The notes under the pieces were generated by a model. That model was not told the origin of the DNA. It saw only the letters and a program-made list of their open reading frames with translations, and did not search any database. Below, in pieces: positions 1 to 12,142 of a stretch of 32,000 nucleotides of DNA; positions within the stretch are counted from its first letter, which is position 1, and each line of letters opens with the position of its first letter. The position numbers and the translations under genes were made by a program. This stretch comes from Moraxella nasovis (GTDB lineage: Bacteria > Pseudomonadota > Gammaproteobacteria > Pseudomonadales > Moraxellaceae). The stretch covers positions 480,001 to 512,000 of the forward strand of contig NZ_CP089976.1 in the NCBI RefSeq assembly GCF_022701215.1. The letters run 5' to 3'.

Positions 1-188
1 TTAAAGACGCTAAGTGCCCAAGCATCAATCATCAGCCTACCACGATCAAGCCAAAGGTCATCAATATTACAATAAAACAGGCGATGATGACGCTCATCAA
101 TCGCCCACATCATGGCAAGCGTTGAGTCTTTTTTGTAGTTGATTGTGGAAATGTCGTCCATGACGATAAGAAAATTCAGTGCTTTCAT
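1..188 (-). CDS. gshB: glutathione synthetase, N-terminal part (gene continues past the left edge of the window)
   Basis: Not in the ORF track because it is truncated. The reverse-strand ATG at 188-186 reads MKALNFLIVMDDISTINYKKDSTLAMMWAIDERHHRLFYCNIDDLWLDRGRLMIDAWALSVF. This follows the E. coli GshB N-terminus pattern (LGIVMDPIANINIKKDSSFAML...GDLYL) as I recall it. Confidence 0.6.
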   Translation of the reverse strand, partial: MKALNFLIVMDDISTINYKKDSTLAMMWAIDERHHRLFYCNIDDLWLDRGRLMIDAWALSVF

Positions 189-191
189 ACA

Positions 192-854
192 TTACACCCC
201 ATACTGCTTGCGATACGCCATCATTTTGGTCAAATACTCATCACCATCTTGATTGCCCAAAAAATCAATAATATCATCAATATCAATCAAGCTATGCACG
301 CTCACACCAAAATCATCTTTGATTTGACAGACGGCACTGCGGTCATCTTGCCCTTTTTCTTTGCGGTCAAGTGCAATCACTATCCCTGCCAAGCTTGCCC
401 CAGCACCTTGCAAAATCTCCACCACTTCACGCACGGCGGTCCCTGCTGTCATCACATCATCAATCACCCATACCGACTTACCTGACAAATCCGCCCCCAC
501 AAGACTGCCACCTTCGCCATGCGTTTTGGCTTCTTTGCGGTTATAACCCCACGCCACATCAATGCCATGAGCCTGCCACAAGGTCTGGGCGGTGGTTGCC
601 ACAAAAGGAATGCCTTTATACGCCGCTCCAAAAATGGTCGGATTATCCTTATCTTTCAATTGACTGGCAAGCACATCAGCATAACCACAAGACAGCATAT
701 CCAAGGCTTGTCCGCTCGCCAATAGCCCTGCATTAAAAAAGTAGGGGCTGACTCGTCCAGATTTTAGGGTAAACTCACCAAATTTTAGGACACCACAATC
801 AAGCAGTAGTTGAATAAAGGCTTGTTTATCAAATGCGTGTGTTTGTATATTCAT
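192..854 (-). CDS. pyrE: orotate phosphoribosyltransferase
   Basis: 220-aa ORF. It has the PyrE N-terminus (FGEFTLKSGRVSPYFFNAG) and the PRPP-binding loop VWVIDDVMTAGTA. Confidence 0.93.
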   Translation of the reverse strand: MNIQTHAFDKQAFIQLLLDCGVLKFGEFTLKSGRVSPYFFNAGLLASGQALDMLSCGYADVLASQLKDKDNPTIFGAAYKGIPFVATTAQTLWQAHGIDVAWGYNRKEAKTHGEGGSLVGADLSGKSVWVIDDVMTAGTAVREVVEILQGAGASLAGIVIALDRKEKGQDDRSAVCQIKDDFGVSVHSLIDIDDIIDFLGNQDGDEYLTKMMAYRKQYGV

Positions 855-884
855 GTATTACTCCAAAAAAATATAGTGTTTATT

Positions 885-1622
885 TTACACGGTTCTGGGG
901 TAAATTTCTTGGGAATTTACTGCAGTAAATTTTTGCTCAATCAAACTGTGGCTATCCACCAAAAACCGTCCCCACTCATCATCTTGGCACACTTGCACAT
1001 AAGACCCTGTTTCCAACGCCTTTGGCACATCAAGCCCACCTAAAAGACTATCATCACCATGATGATTAAGTTTTGGTAAATCGCCCAAATACCCTGCCAC
1101 ATCATCAAGCGTTAAAAACTTACCATGCAAATCAAACCCTACATTTAAAATCCGCCCAGCCACATCTGCCATGCGGTCATGAATATGCCCATGCAAATGA
1201 TAATAACCCTTATGACAGCCATCCCACTCATTAATCGGATAATGAAACAAAATCAATGTCTTATCAGCGATTTTTAGTTTTAAATACGCTTGGGCGGACG
1301 AAAGCATTGGGTGTCCGTCTAACTTTTTGGCGGTCAACAATTTATCCAAATGCGTGGCAATCACGTCATCATGATTACCAAAAATCAAATGATGTTGCCC
1401 ATTTAGTCGCTCAAGTACTGTTTTAATACGACACAAGTCATAAGAAAAACTCAAATCACCCAAATTATAGACCACATCATTAACACCCACCGTGTCATTC
1501 CATAGCTCAATCATATACTCATCAAGCACATCAATCGTGCCTTGTGGGCGAGTATGTGGGCAAAATTTAGCAATATTTTTATGCGAAAAATGTAAATCAG
1601 AAGTGAAAAATATTTTGCTCAT
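885..1622 (-). CDS. calcineurin-type binuclear metallophosphoesterase; candidate RNA 3'-end healing phosphoesterase
   Basis: 245-aa ORF with the full metallophosphoesterase motif set: SDLHFSH (DxH), LGDLSF (GD), GNHDD (GNH[DE]) and HLHGHIH (GHxH). Its ATG (1622-1620) lies 2 nt after the stop of the upstream kinase-ligase gene (TAA at 1627-1625), so the two are probably translationally coupled. Confidence 0.85.
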   Translation of the reverse strand: MSKIFFTSDLHFSHKNIAKFCPHTRPQGTIDVLDEYMIELWNDTVGVNDVVYNLGDLSFSYDLCRIKTVLERLNGQHHLIFGNHDDVIATHLDKLLTAKKLDGHPMLSSAQAYLKLKIADKTLILFHYPINEWDGCHKGYYHLHGHIHDRMADVAGRILNVGFDLHGKFLTLDDVAGYLGDLPKLNHHGDDSLLGGLDVPKALETGSYVQVCQDDEWGRFLVDSHSLIEQKFTAVNSQEIYPRTV

Positions 1623-1624
1623 TT

Positions 1625-3154
1625 TTAATCCAACTTTTCCAAAAACCCTTGAATAAACGCAATTTTATCCAACTCATTCATTTGGTTAAACATCTGTTTG
1701 TTTGCCTTAATATAATCCACAAGCGGATAATATTCTTCATCAAATTCTTGTTTATTTAATTGGGTGGTGTTTAATTTATGGCTTAAATTTTTATCGGTAC
1801 TTCTACCCAAAAACTTTGAAATCAAATAATACGGCGATTTTAATTTAAACAATAATCGCCAATGCTCATCAAACACCATAAACCCTTCGTGCTTGACCAT
1901 TTTTAATAACGCCTTTAATTCACCAAAAGGAATTTTTTCAATGGCTTGTGGACGTTTTAAGCCAAATTTTTTGCCAATTTCGTCCAATGTTTTTTCATCA
2001 AATTGTACACCTGTCGCCACATCCACCACGCCAATCAAGGTTTCACCAAAATCTTCATTGATGATATGCACATCAGCCGGATCAGTAATTTCAAACAAAA
2101 AAGTATGGTTGGGGAAAGCCTTAAATACAGACTCATATTGCTGGCAGTGGCTTTGAGTCATTTTGGCAAAATCGCTATCAAGCGAGCCTGTGGTAGAATA
2201 CAGCACTTGGCGATTAAAACTCGCTCCAAAACTTGGGTGTGTGTTATCCAAATCCACAAACGTACACACGCCCAAAAAACCATTAACCTTAACCACCGCA
2301 TTAACAATCGTATCATCGCTTATGGTAATCGGATAACGGCTGTTTTGAGTAATGCGTTCAGAATAATTAAACACTTTTTTAAATGGACGGACAATAATAC
2401 GGTTATGGCTATCCACGATAAGCCCGCGCATTTCAAGCAAAGCATCATCAAAACTATTTTCATAAAACACCTTGCGGGCATATTTAAGCACCGACAGCTC
2501 AGGATAACGCTTACTTGTCTTTTTGCTAAAGTTTTTACGAGCAAAAGTTAAATATTCATCGGTAACAAAGGTGTTTTGTACTTCATCAAAAGGTAATTTC
2601 CCTTGACTAAAGGTATTCATTTTATCAACCAAAGCTTGCGTTGCTGCATCAATAGGCTTAATCGCAGGAACGTGAATTTCTTCTTTTAAACGGTTGTTGT
2701 TTAAGTTGATATAAGCAGTCAAAACATCTGCTTGTTTAACGTTGTGTGTGTTGTTAAAAAAGTTGTGCAAGCGATACACTTGTACCTCAAAATCAAACTT
2801 TTTTGCCATTTGCATAAGATGAGTACAAGCTGCAACCTTTTGGTTGGTGTTAGAATTAACGATTAAAATGTGCTGACTTGGATTTTGTCGCCCTTGCTTT
2901 AAGGCGTTTTTGAAAGTCGCTAAGTTTTGACGTTGTGCTTTATCCACCGCTTGCACAGACCAGCGATACACGCCTTTTTCATCGGTCAATAACAAGTCAT
3001 TTTCCAAATGAATAATTAGAGCATTGGGATAAGTTTTTAAAAATTCGTCAATTTTTTGCTTTGCAAAAGTAGATTTACCTGAGCCTTGATGCCCACGGAT
3101 TAGGATAAATTGTTGCATAATAAAACCCTTATTCATCGTTACTGTTTTAAACAA
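1625..3154 (-). CDS. fusion protein: N-terminal P-loop polynucleotide-kinase-like domain plus C-terminal ATP-dependent RNA-ligase-like nucleotidyltransferase domain
   Basis: 509-aa track ORF that opens with TTG at 3154. The ATG at 3118 (MQQFILIRGHQGSGKST), preceded by AAGGG, is the more likely start. Kinase part: P-loop GHQGSGKST, LENDLL and IVNSNTN, laid out like T4 Pnk (GCPGSGKST / NRDD / ISDTN). Ligase part: motif I K289-V-N-G (nt 2290-2279), motif III FLFEITD, motif IV LIGVVD, motif V EGFMVF...LFKLKS. Confidence 0.78.
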   Translation of the reverse strand: MFKTVTMNKGFIMQQFILIRGHQGSGKSTFAKQKIDEFLKTYPNALIIHLENDLLLTDEKGVYRWSVQAVDKAQRQNLATFKNALKQGRQNPSQHILIVNSNTNQKVAACTHLMQMAKKFDFEVQVYRLHNFFNNTHNVKQADVLTAYINLNNNRLKEEIHVPAIKPIDAATQALVDKMNTFSQGKLPFDEVQNTFVTDEYLTFARKNFSKKTSKRYPELSVLKYARKVFYENSFDDALLEMRGLIVDSHNRIIVRPFKKVFNYSERITQNSRYPITISDDTIVNAVVKVNGFLGVCTFVDLDNTHPSFGASFNRQVLYSTTGSLDSDFAKMTQSHCQQYESVFKAFPNHTFLFEITDPADVHIINEDFGETLIGVVDVATGVQFDEKTLDEIGKKFGLKRPQAIEKIPFGELKALLKMVKHEGFMVFDEHWRLLFKLKSPYYLISKFLGRSTDKNLSHKLNTTQLNKQEFDEEYYPLVDYIKANKQMFNQMNELDKIAFIQGFLEKLD

Positions 3155-3490
3155 TGAAAATAACCGTTAAAACAATGTAAAATTTATCATGACAATCAAT
3201 ATCAAAGTAAGACGAACTGTCATTCGCCCAGTCACTTAGAAAATGAACTCACATAAAAATCTTACACATAAAACCAACAATTTTATAAAAATTGCGATGC
3301 GGCAGGGTCGTAGCTTGGGGATTATATAATTTTCACTCTTTTAAAATTATATAAATGTGAAATTTATCAAAAAAAATGGATAAATTTTTGTCAATGACTT
3401 ATTGTAATGCTAAATTTGAGTTTGTCAAGTAATTTTGTGGTCAAAAGTTTTGATTGTAACGCCTAAATAAAGGCGGTCAGAATTTATCAT

Positions 3491-3527
3491 AATAAAAAAG
3501 CCCAATCATTACAATCGGGCTTTTTGT
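3491..3527 (-). terminator. rho-independent terminator downstream of tsf
   Basis: The minus-strand RNA AGCCCGAU-UGUAAUG-AUUGGGCU forms an 8-bp stem with one G-U pair, followed by UUUUUAUU. It starts 14 nt after the tsf stop. Confidence 0.65.
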
Positions 3528-3540
3528 TTAAGCAATTGGC

Positions 3541-4419
3541 TTATTTGTTAGCAGCAGCTTGAGCGGCAGCTACTTCAGCAGCAAAGTCTTCTTGCTTTTT
3601 CTCAATGCCTTCACCCACTTCTAAGCGTTTAAAGCTAAGAACAGTAGCGCCGTCAGCTTTTAGAACATCGCCGACTTTTTTATCATTGTCCATAACATAA
3701 GGTTGGTTCACAAGCGTTACTTCGTTTAGGTATTTTTGGATACCACCAGTAATCATTTTCTCAACCACGTTTTCAGGCTTGCCAGATTCTTTGGCTTTGG
3801 CTTCAATGATGTCTTTTTCACGAGCCAAGATATCAGCAGGTACACTTTCTTCATTTACCGCTAGTGGGTTAAATGCAGCTACTTGCATTGCAACAGCTTT
3901 ACCAAGCTCTTCGCTACCGCCTTCATAAGACACTACCACACCGATACGAATGCCGTGACGATAAGCAGCAAGATTTGCCCCTTCAATCACTTCGGCACGA
4001 CGAATCTGGATATTTTCGCCAATTTTTTGAACCAAAGCCACACGAGCTTCTTCAACATTAGAACCATCGCCATATGGCAATTCAGCAATCTTAGCTACAT
4101 CAGTTGTGTCATTCGCTAATGCTAATTGAGCAACTTGGTTAGCAAATGCGGTGAAGTTTTCATCTTTTGCTACAAAGTCTGTTTGGCAGTTAACTTCTAA
4201 TAGTAATGCTTTATTGCCTTCTTGAGCAATAATAATTGCACCATCAGCTGCAATATTACCTGCTTTTTTAGCAGCTTTTGCTTGACCTGATTTACGTAAG
4301 TTATCAATGGCAAGCTCAATATCGCCATTTGCTTCTTCTAGTGCTTTTTTGCATTCCATCATACCAAGACCAGTACGATCACGCAATTCTTTTACAAGTT
4401 TTGCAGATACTTGACTCAT
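3541..4419 (-). CDS. tsf: translation elongation factor Ts
   Basis: 292-aa ORF with the EF-Ts N-terminus [38 protein letters not shown]. It lies directly downstream of rpsB, the conserved rpsB-tsf order. Confidence 0.97.
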   Translation of the reverse strand: MSQVSAKLVKELRDRTGLGMMECKKALEEANGDIELAIDNLRKSGQAKAAKKAGNIAADGAIIIAQEGNKALLLEVNCQTDFVAKDENFTAFANQVAQLALANDTTDVAKIAELPYGDGSNVEEARVALVQKIGENIQIRRAEVIEGANLAAYRHGIRIGVVVSYEGGSEELGKAVAMQVAAFNPLAVNEESVPADILAREKDIIEAKAKESGKPENVVEKMITGGIQKYLNEVTLVNQPYVMDNDKKVGDVLKADGATVLSFKRLEVGEGIEKKQEDFAAEVAAAQAAANK

Positions 4420-4453
4420 AATATACCCTTATTAATATGAATTTATTAACCAA

Positions 4454-4478
4454 AATGGCGGTTCTTATCACCGCCATT
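4454..4478 (-). terminator. intercistronic hairpin between rpsB and tsf (possible attenuator)
   Basis: Perfect 9-bp arms aatggcggt / accgccatt with a 7-nt loop. On the minus strand it is followed only by a short UUUGGUU, so it is at best a partial terminator. Confidence 0.35.
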
Positions 4479-4496
4479 ATATTTACGATTATCAAA

Positions 4497-5324
4497 TTAG
4501 CCGTGTGGGTTATTTACCACTTGACCTGTTTGATCAACCTTGTCTTCAACTTCTGCGGTAGCATTATCACGGCTAGCTTGCTTTTCTTCATCAGCAGCTT
4601 GTGCATTAGCACCACCTTGAGTCTTAGCATACTCTTTACCAGCGATAATTGCATCTGCCATTGCAGTAGCGTATAAAGTCACTGCACGGATTGCATCATC
4701 ATTAGCAGCAATCACATAGTCAACGTTATCAGGATTAGAGTTAGTATCAACAACGCCAATTACAGGAATACCTAAGTTTTTAGCTTCTTTAATAGCAATG
4801 GCTTCATGGTCTACATCAATTACAAAAATAGCATCAGGTAGGCCATTCATGTCTTTAATACCACCAAGACCACGCTCAAGCTTTTCCATGTCACGAGTAC
4901 GCTCTAAAGCTTCACGTTTGGTTAGCTTAGCAAAAGTACCGTCTTCTGCTTGTTTTTCTAAATCTTTTAGACGAGTGATAGATTGACGAATGGTTTTCCA
5001 GTTAGTCAAAGTACCGCCAAGCCAGCGATGATCGATGTAAGGCATACCTGCACGAGTAGCTTGCTCACGAATTGCTTGGCTTGCTGCACGTTTAGTACCA
5101 ACAAATAGGATCTTATTGCGGTTAGCAGCTTGCTGATTAGCAAAAGTTAAAGCTTCGTTAAACTGCTTAACAGTGTGCTCAAGGTTAATGATATGAATTT
5201 TGTTGCGAGCACCAAAAATGTATTGGTTCATTTTTGGGTTCCAGAAGCGAGTTTGGTGACCAAAGTGAGCACCAGCTTCTAATAAATCACGCATTGAGAT
5301 TTGAGTAGGGTTTTTTTCTGACAT
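4497..5324 (-). CDS. rpsB: 30S ribosomal protein S2
   Basis: 275-aa ORF containing [22 protein letters not shown], which is diagnostic for S2. It carries a polar C-terminal tail of about 35 aa compared with E. coli S2 (241 aa, from memory). Confidence 0.97.
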   Translation of the reverse strand: MSEKNPTQISMRDLLEAGAHFGHQTRFWNPKMNQYIFGARNKIHIINLEHTVKQFNEALTFANQQAANRNKILFVGTKRAASQAIREQATRAGMPYIDHRWLGGTLTNWKTIRQSITRLKDLEKQAEDGTFAKLTKREALERTRDMEKLERGLGGIKDMNGLPDAIFVIDVDHEAIAIKEAKNLGIPVIGVVDTNSNPDNVDYVIAANDDAIRAVTLYATAMADAIIAGKEYAKTQGGANAQAADEEKQASRDNATAEVEDKVDQTGQVVNNPHG

Positions 5325-5505
5325 GTCAGTTTTCCTAGTTTGGGTTACGCCTCCACGAAATTAAGCATCAAATTAGATTGCACGCATTAATCACAGTAAT
5401 TGATCAATTAATCAAGCAATCCAACACCCTGAATACTTATATGTAAATTAGTTTCGTGTGTGTAGTTTTGGTTAAAGGTAAATCCATTGTAAAAAATGGA
5501 GTACC

Positions 5506-5535
5506 TATTCTAGCAAATAAAAGACTATTTGTAAA
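5506..5535 (-). promoter_or_regulatory. candidate sigma70 promoter of rpsB-tsf
   Basis: The minus strand reads TTTACA-18 nt-TAGAAT, about 180 nt upstream of the rpsB ATG. This would leave a long leader, as is known for rpsB. Confidence 0.35.
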
Positions 5536-5549
5536 TAATAATGTATTAA

Positions 5550-6008
5550 TTAGTTATCTTTATGTTGACACCCTTTAGTTAAGTATTTTTGCTCAATATT
5601 AGAAGTACACGACCAAGCTCCATCGATCTTAGCCCATGTAACATGCTTTGACTTTAACTGAGTAGCGGCATCACCGCCTAATACAGCCTTAATCGTTGGT
5701 GAATTGCCTAGAGTAACAACCAATCCTTTTTGACCTGTATTAGCAGTTGTTTCGGCTGCATTTTGAGTTTCATCAGTATCCAATAAATTACTTTTTGTCC
5801 AGCCTAGCTCACATGTTGTTTCATCATCACCTTGCATTTGACAAATATCAACAGTACTACGCAATTGGCTTGTTTCCATAACAACTCTATTAACTTGAGC
5901 AGCTATCGTCCGATCCTGAAATTTAGGAATAGCAAACATCGCCAAAATGCCGATAATCACTACAACAATCATCAATTCAATTAGAGTAAATCCTTTTTGA
6001 TAACCCAT
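5550..6008 (-). CDS. type IV pilin (prepilin with short class-a leader)
   Basis: 152-aa ORF. It has the leader MGYQKG followed by FTLIELMIVVVIIGILA (Gly-1 / Phe+1 / Glu+5 prepilin peptidase site). There are two Cys pairs, including a C-terminal loop C...12 aa...C. Confidence 0.85.
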   Translation of the reverse strand: MGYQKGFTLIELMIVVVIIGILAMFAIPKFQDRTIAAQVNRVVMETSQLRSTVDICQMQGDDETTCELGWTKSNLLDTDETQNAAETTANTGQKGLVVTLGNSPTIKAVLGGDAATQLKSKHVTWAKIDGAWSCTSNIEQKYLTKGCQHKDN

Positions 6009-6111
6009 AAAAAACTCCTAATATAATCACATTTCATACATTAAACAAACTCCCTATTCTACCAACCTTTCCCCCTAAATGATAGCCCTTTTTCACCTTT
6101 CACCCCTCTCC

Positions 6112-6142
6112 CAAAACAAAAACCCCCGCATTTGCGGGGGTC
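6112..6142 (-). terminator. rho-independent terminator of the rrn operon
   Basis: The minus strand reads GACCCCCGCAAAUGCGGGGGUUUUUGUUUUGGG: a GC-rich stem plus a U-run, about 10 nt after the 5S 3' end. Confidence 0.75.
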
Positions 6143-6151
6143 TTAAATAAG

Positions 6152-6268
6152 GGTGCTGACGATGACCTACTCTCACATGGGCGAACCACACTACCATCGG
6201 CGCTAAGACGTTTCACTTCTGAGTTCGGGAAGGGATCAGGTGGTTCCATCTTGCTATTGTCGTCAGCG
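6152..6268 (-). rRNA. rrf: 5S ribosomal RNA
   Basis: The reverse complement aligns along its length with E. coli 5S (CCGAACUCAGAAGUGAAACG...GCGCCGAUGGUAGUGUGG...GAGAGUAGG). The terminal helix pairs 6154-6161 with 6261-6268. Confidence 0.9.
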
Positions 6269-6426
6269 TAAAAGGATTAACAACGATTATGAGTCTGTTT
6301 TTATTTAAATTTAATTTATTAAATTGATTTAATCTTTATTAAATTTACTTCAAGATATATTCTTTATCAAGCTTGTTAGGTAAAATCTTTACACTTTAAT
6401 CATACAAAACCACTTGGGTGTTGTAT

Positions 6427-9290
<2,864 letters not shown>

Positions 9291-9556
9291 ATACAACCCC
9301 AAGTAGTTTTACTTACTTGTGATGTATGAGAATGATTGTAACGATTTACCTATGTTTACGCTTGATTCAGTTCTCTTTACTTTTAGGTGATTATATTGGG
9401 TATAATCACCATGGTTAATTATTTGTTGGAATAAATAATTAACCCAGACTCATAATATGTTGTTAAATAATGATATAAACTTCGTCAGTTTATAAAGTTA
9501 AAGCATAAATAAGAAATCTTATTTAAATTGCTTATGTATGCTTATTGATGTTTTAA

Positions 9557-9632
9557 TGGTGGAGTTAAGGAGAGTCGAACTCCTGACCTCCTGCGTGCAA
9601 GGCAGGCGCTCTACCAACTGAGCTATAACCCC
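9557..9632 (-). tRNA. tRNA-Ala (anticodon TGC), in the rrn spacer
   Basis: The reverse complement is GGGGTTATAGCTCAGTTGGTAGAGCGCCTGCCTTGCACGCAGGAGGTCAGGAGTTCGACTCTCCTTAACTCCACCA. It folds as a cloverleaf, has the G3:U70 identity pair and an encoded CCA. Confidence 0.95.
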
Positions 9633-9641
9633 ATGTGTTAA

Positions 9642-9718
9642 TGGTGGGTCTAATAAGACTTGAACTTATGACCCCCGCGTTATCAACACGGTGCTCTAAC
9701 CAACTGAGCTATAGACCC
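9642..9718 (-). tRNA. tRNA-Ile (anticodon GAT), in the rrn spacer
   Basis: The reverse complement is GGGTCTATAGCTCAGTTGGTTAGAGCACCGTGTTGATAACGCGGGGGTCATAAGTTCAAGTCTTATTAGACCCACCA. Confidence 0.95.
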
Positions 9719-9780
9719 GTTTTAAAACATCTTTCCAAAGAACAACTTGTTGTGAATTCTTGCCAATCAGATAATATCGT

Positions 9781-11312
<1,532 letters not shown>

Positions 11313-11464
11313 AATCTTTGTTTTGCCTAAGGCTTTAAAGTAAATTAAAGATTAGGACTTGGCTCATTTATGTTTATTACTAGCAAAATTTGCTCATCGT
11401 GTAAATGAATTAACTTTGAGTATTTTTGTCATGATAATAAATAATAAATGATACTTGCATATTT

Positions 11465-11493
11465 ATATTATTTGATTTATCTTGTATTGACAA
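11465..11493 (-). promoter_or_regulatory. candidate rrn promoter (most proximal of the array)
   Basis: The minus strand reads TTGTCA-17 nt-TAATAT. Confidence 0.4.
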
Positions 11494-11567
11494 AAATCCA
11501 CACAAGTTGTTCTTTGTTTGATTTTAAATAGTGTATGATACATCGTCTGTATCAATTAAGGCTGTAC

Positions 11568-11595
11568 ATTATATATTGAAAAGTTATAATGTCAA
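11568..11595 (-). promoter_or_regulatory. rrn promoter, near-consensus sigma70
   Basis: The minus strand reads aaaaaaagcTTGACA-16 nt-TATAATgtacagcc. An A-tract lies upstream in the position of an UP element. Confidence 0.6.
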
Positions 11596-11685
11596 GCTTT
11601 TTTTAAGTTGTTTTTTCACTGTATCAAGTTGGCTACGATTGCTATTTGTAATCGTTGGTAACTGCCTTGACTTTGTGAGTGGCGT

Positions 11686-11713
11686 ATTATACGCTTTTAA
11701 TATTTGATGTCAA
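11686..11713 (-). promoter_or_regulatory. rrn promoter, near-consensus sigma70 with GC-rich discriminator
   Basis: The minus strand reads gaaaaaaagcTTGACA-16 nt-TATAATacgccactc. The 16-bp spacer and the discriminator resemble E. coli rrnB P1 (TATAATGCGCCACCACT, from memory). Confidence 0.65.
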
Positions 11714-11808
11714 GCTTTTTTTCAAGAATTTTGGAAGTTTGTTTAAAACTAACTAAGTTATTGAAATTTAACAAGTTTTTTAGAACTTGAACTGCTTGAG
11801 TGGTGCGT

Positions 11809-11836
11809 ATTATACCTAAGATTTGATGTGGGTCAA
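11809..11836 (-). promoter_or_regulatory. rrn promoter, near-consensus sigma70 with GC-rich discriminator (most distal)
   Basis: The minus strand reads caaaaaaccccTTGACC-16 nt-TATAATacgcaccactc. Confidence 0.6.
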
Positions 11837-12142
11837 GGGGTTTTTTGAAGAAAGTTAGGAAAAGTTTGTAAGTGATTGTTTTTGTGGGGATTTTTTTTGA
11901 TATTTTTGTTGTATCTTTTATGCCATTCATGTATTATTTCGTGTATTATTGATTTGGTTGCGATTTGATTGTTATACCTGATCAGAAATTTATCCATTTA
12001 ATTATTCAATTTAATAGCCATTTGAGCGGTGCAAATACCGCCATCATCAATACCATCATCGCCAAAGAAGGAATTGTCCAATGTAATTATCGTCATCAAA
12101 CTAATCAAGCTAATTTTTATTTTAGTTGAACAAGGATTATGT

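Noticed and set aside
1893-2551. Plus-strand ORFs of 87 and 182 aa, and a 74-aa minus-strand ORF, inside the kinase-ligase gene
   Set aside because: These are alternative-frame or antisense ORFs in AT-rich coding DNA. They have no motifs and no SD, and the 509-aa frame carries complete kinase and ligase motif sets.
6009-6110. Search for a sigma54 (GG-N10-GC) promoter upstream of the pilin gene
   Set aside because: No correctly spaced TGGCAC/TTGC-like element was found. Only a weak sigma70-like TAGAAT is present.
11697-11930. 77-aa minus-strand ORF upstream of the 16S gene
   Set aside because: It covers the tandem rrn promoter array. The translated sequence is low-complexity and lysine/isoleucine-rich, coming from AT-rich promoter and UP-element DNA, and there is no SD.
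12029-12142. 38-codon N-terminal extension of the ABC-like ORF starting at GTG
   Set aside because: The extension has no SD and looks non-protein-like (IPPSSIPSSPKK..., then IVIKLIKLIFIL). The ATG at 12143 has AGGA upstream and starts directly at the first TM helix.
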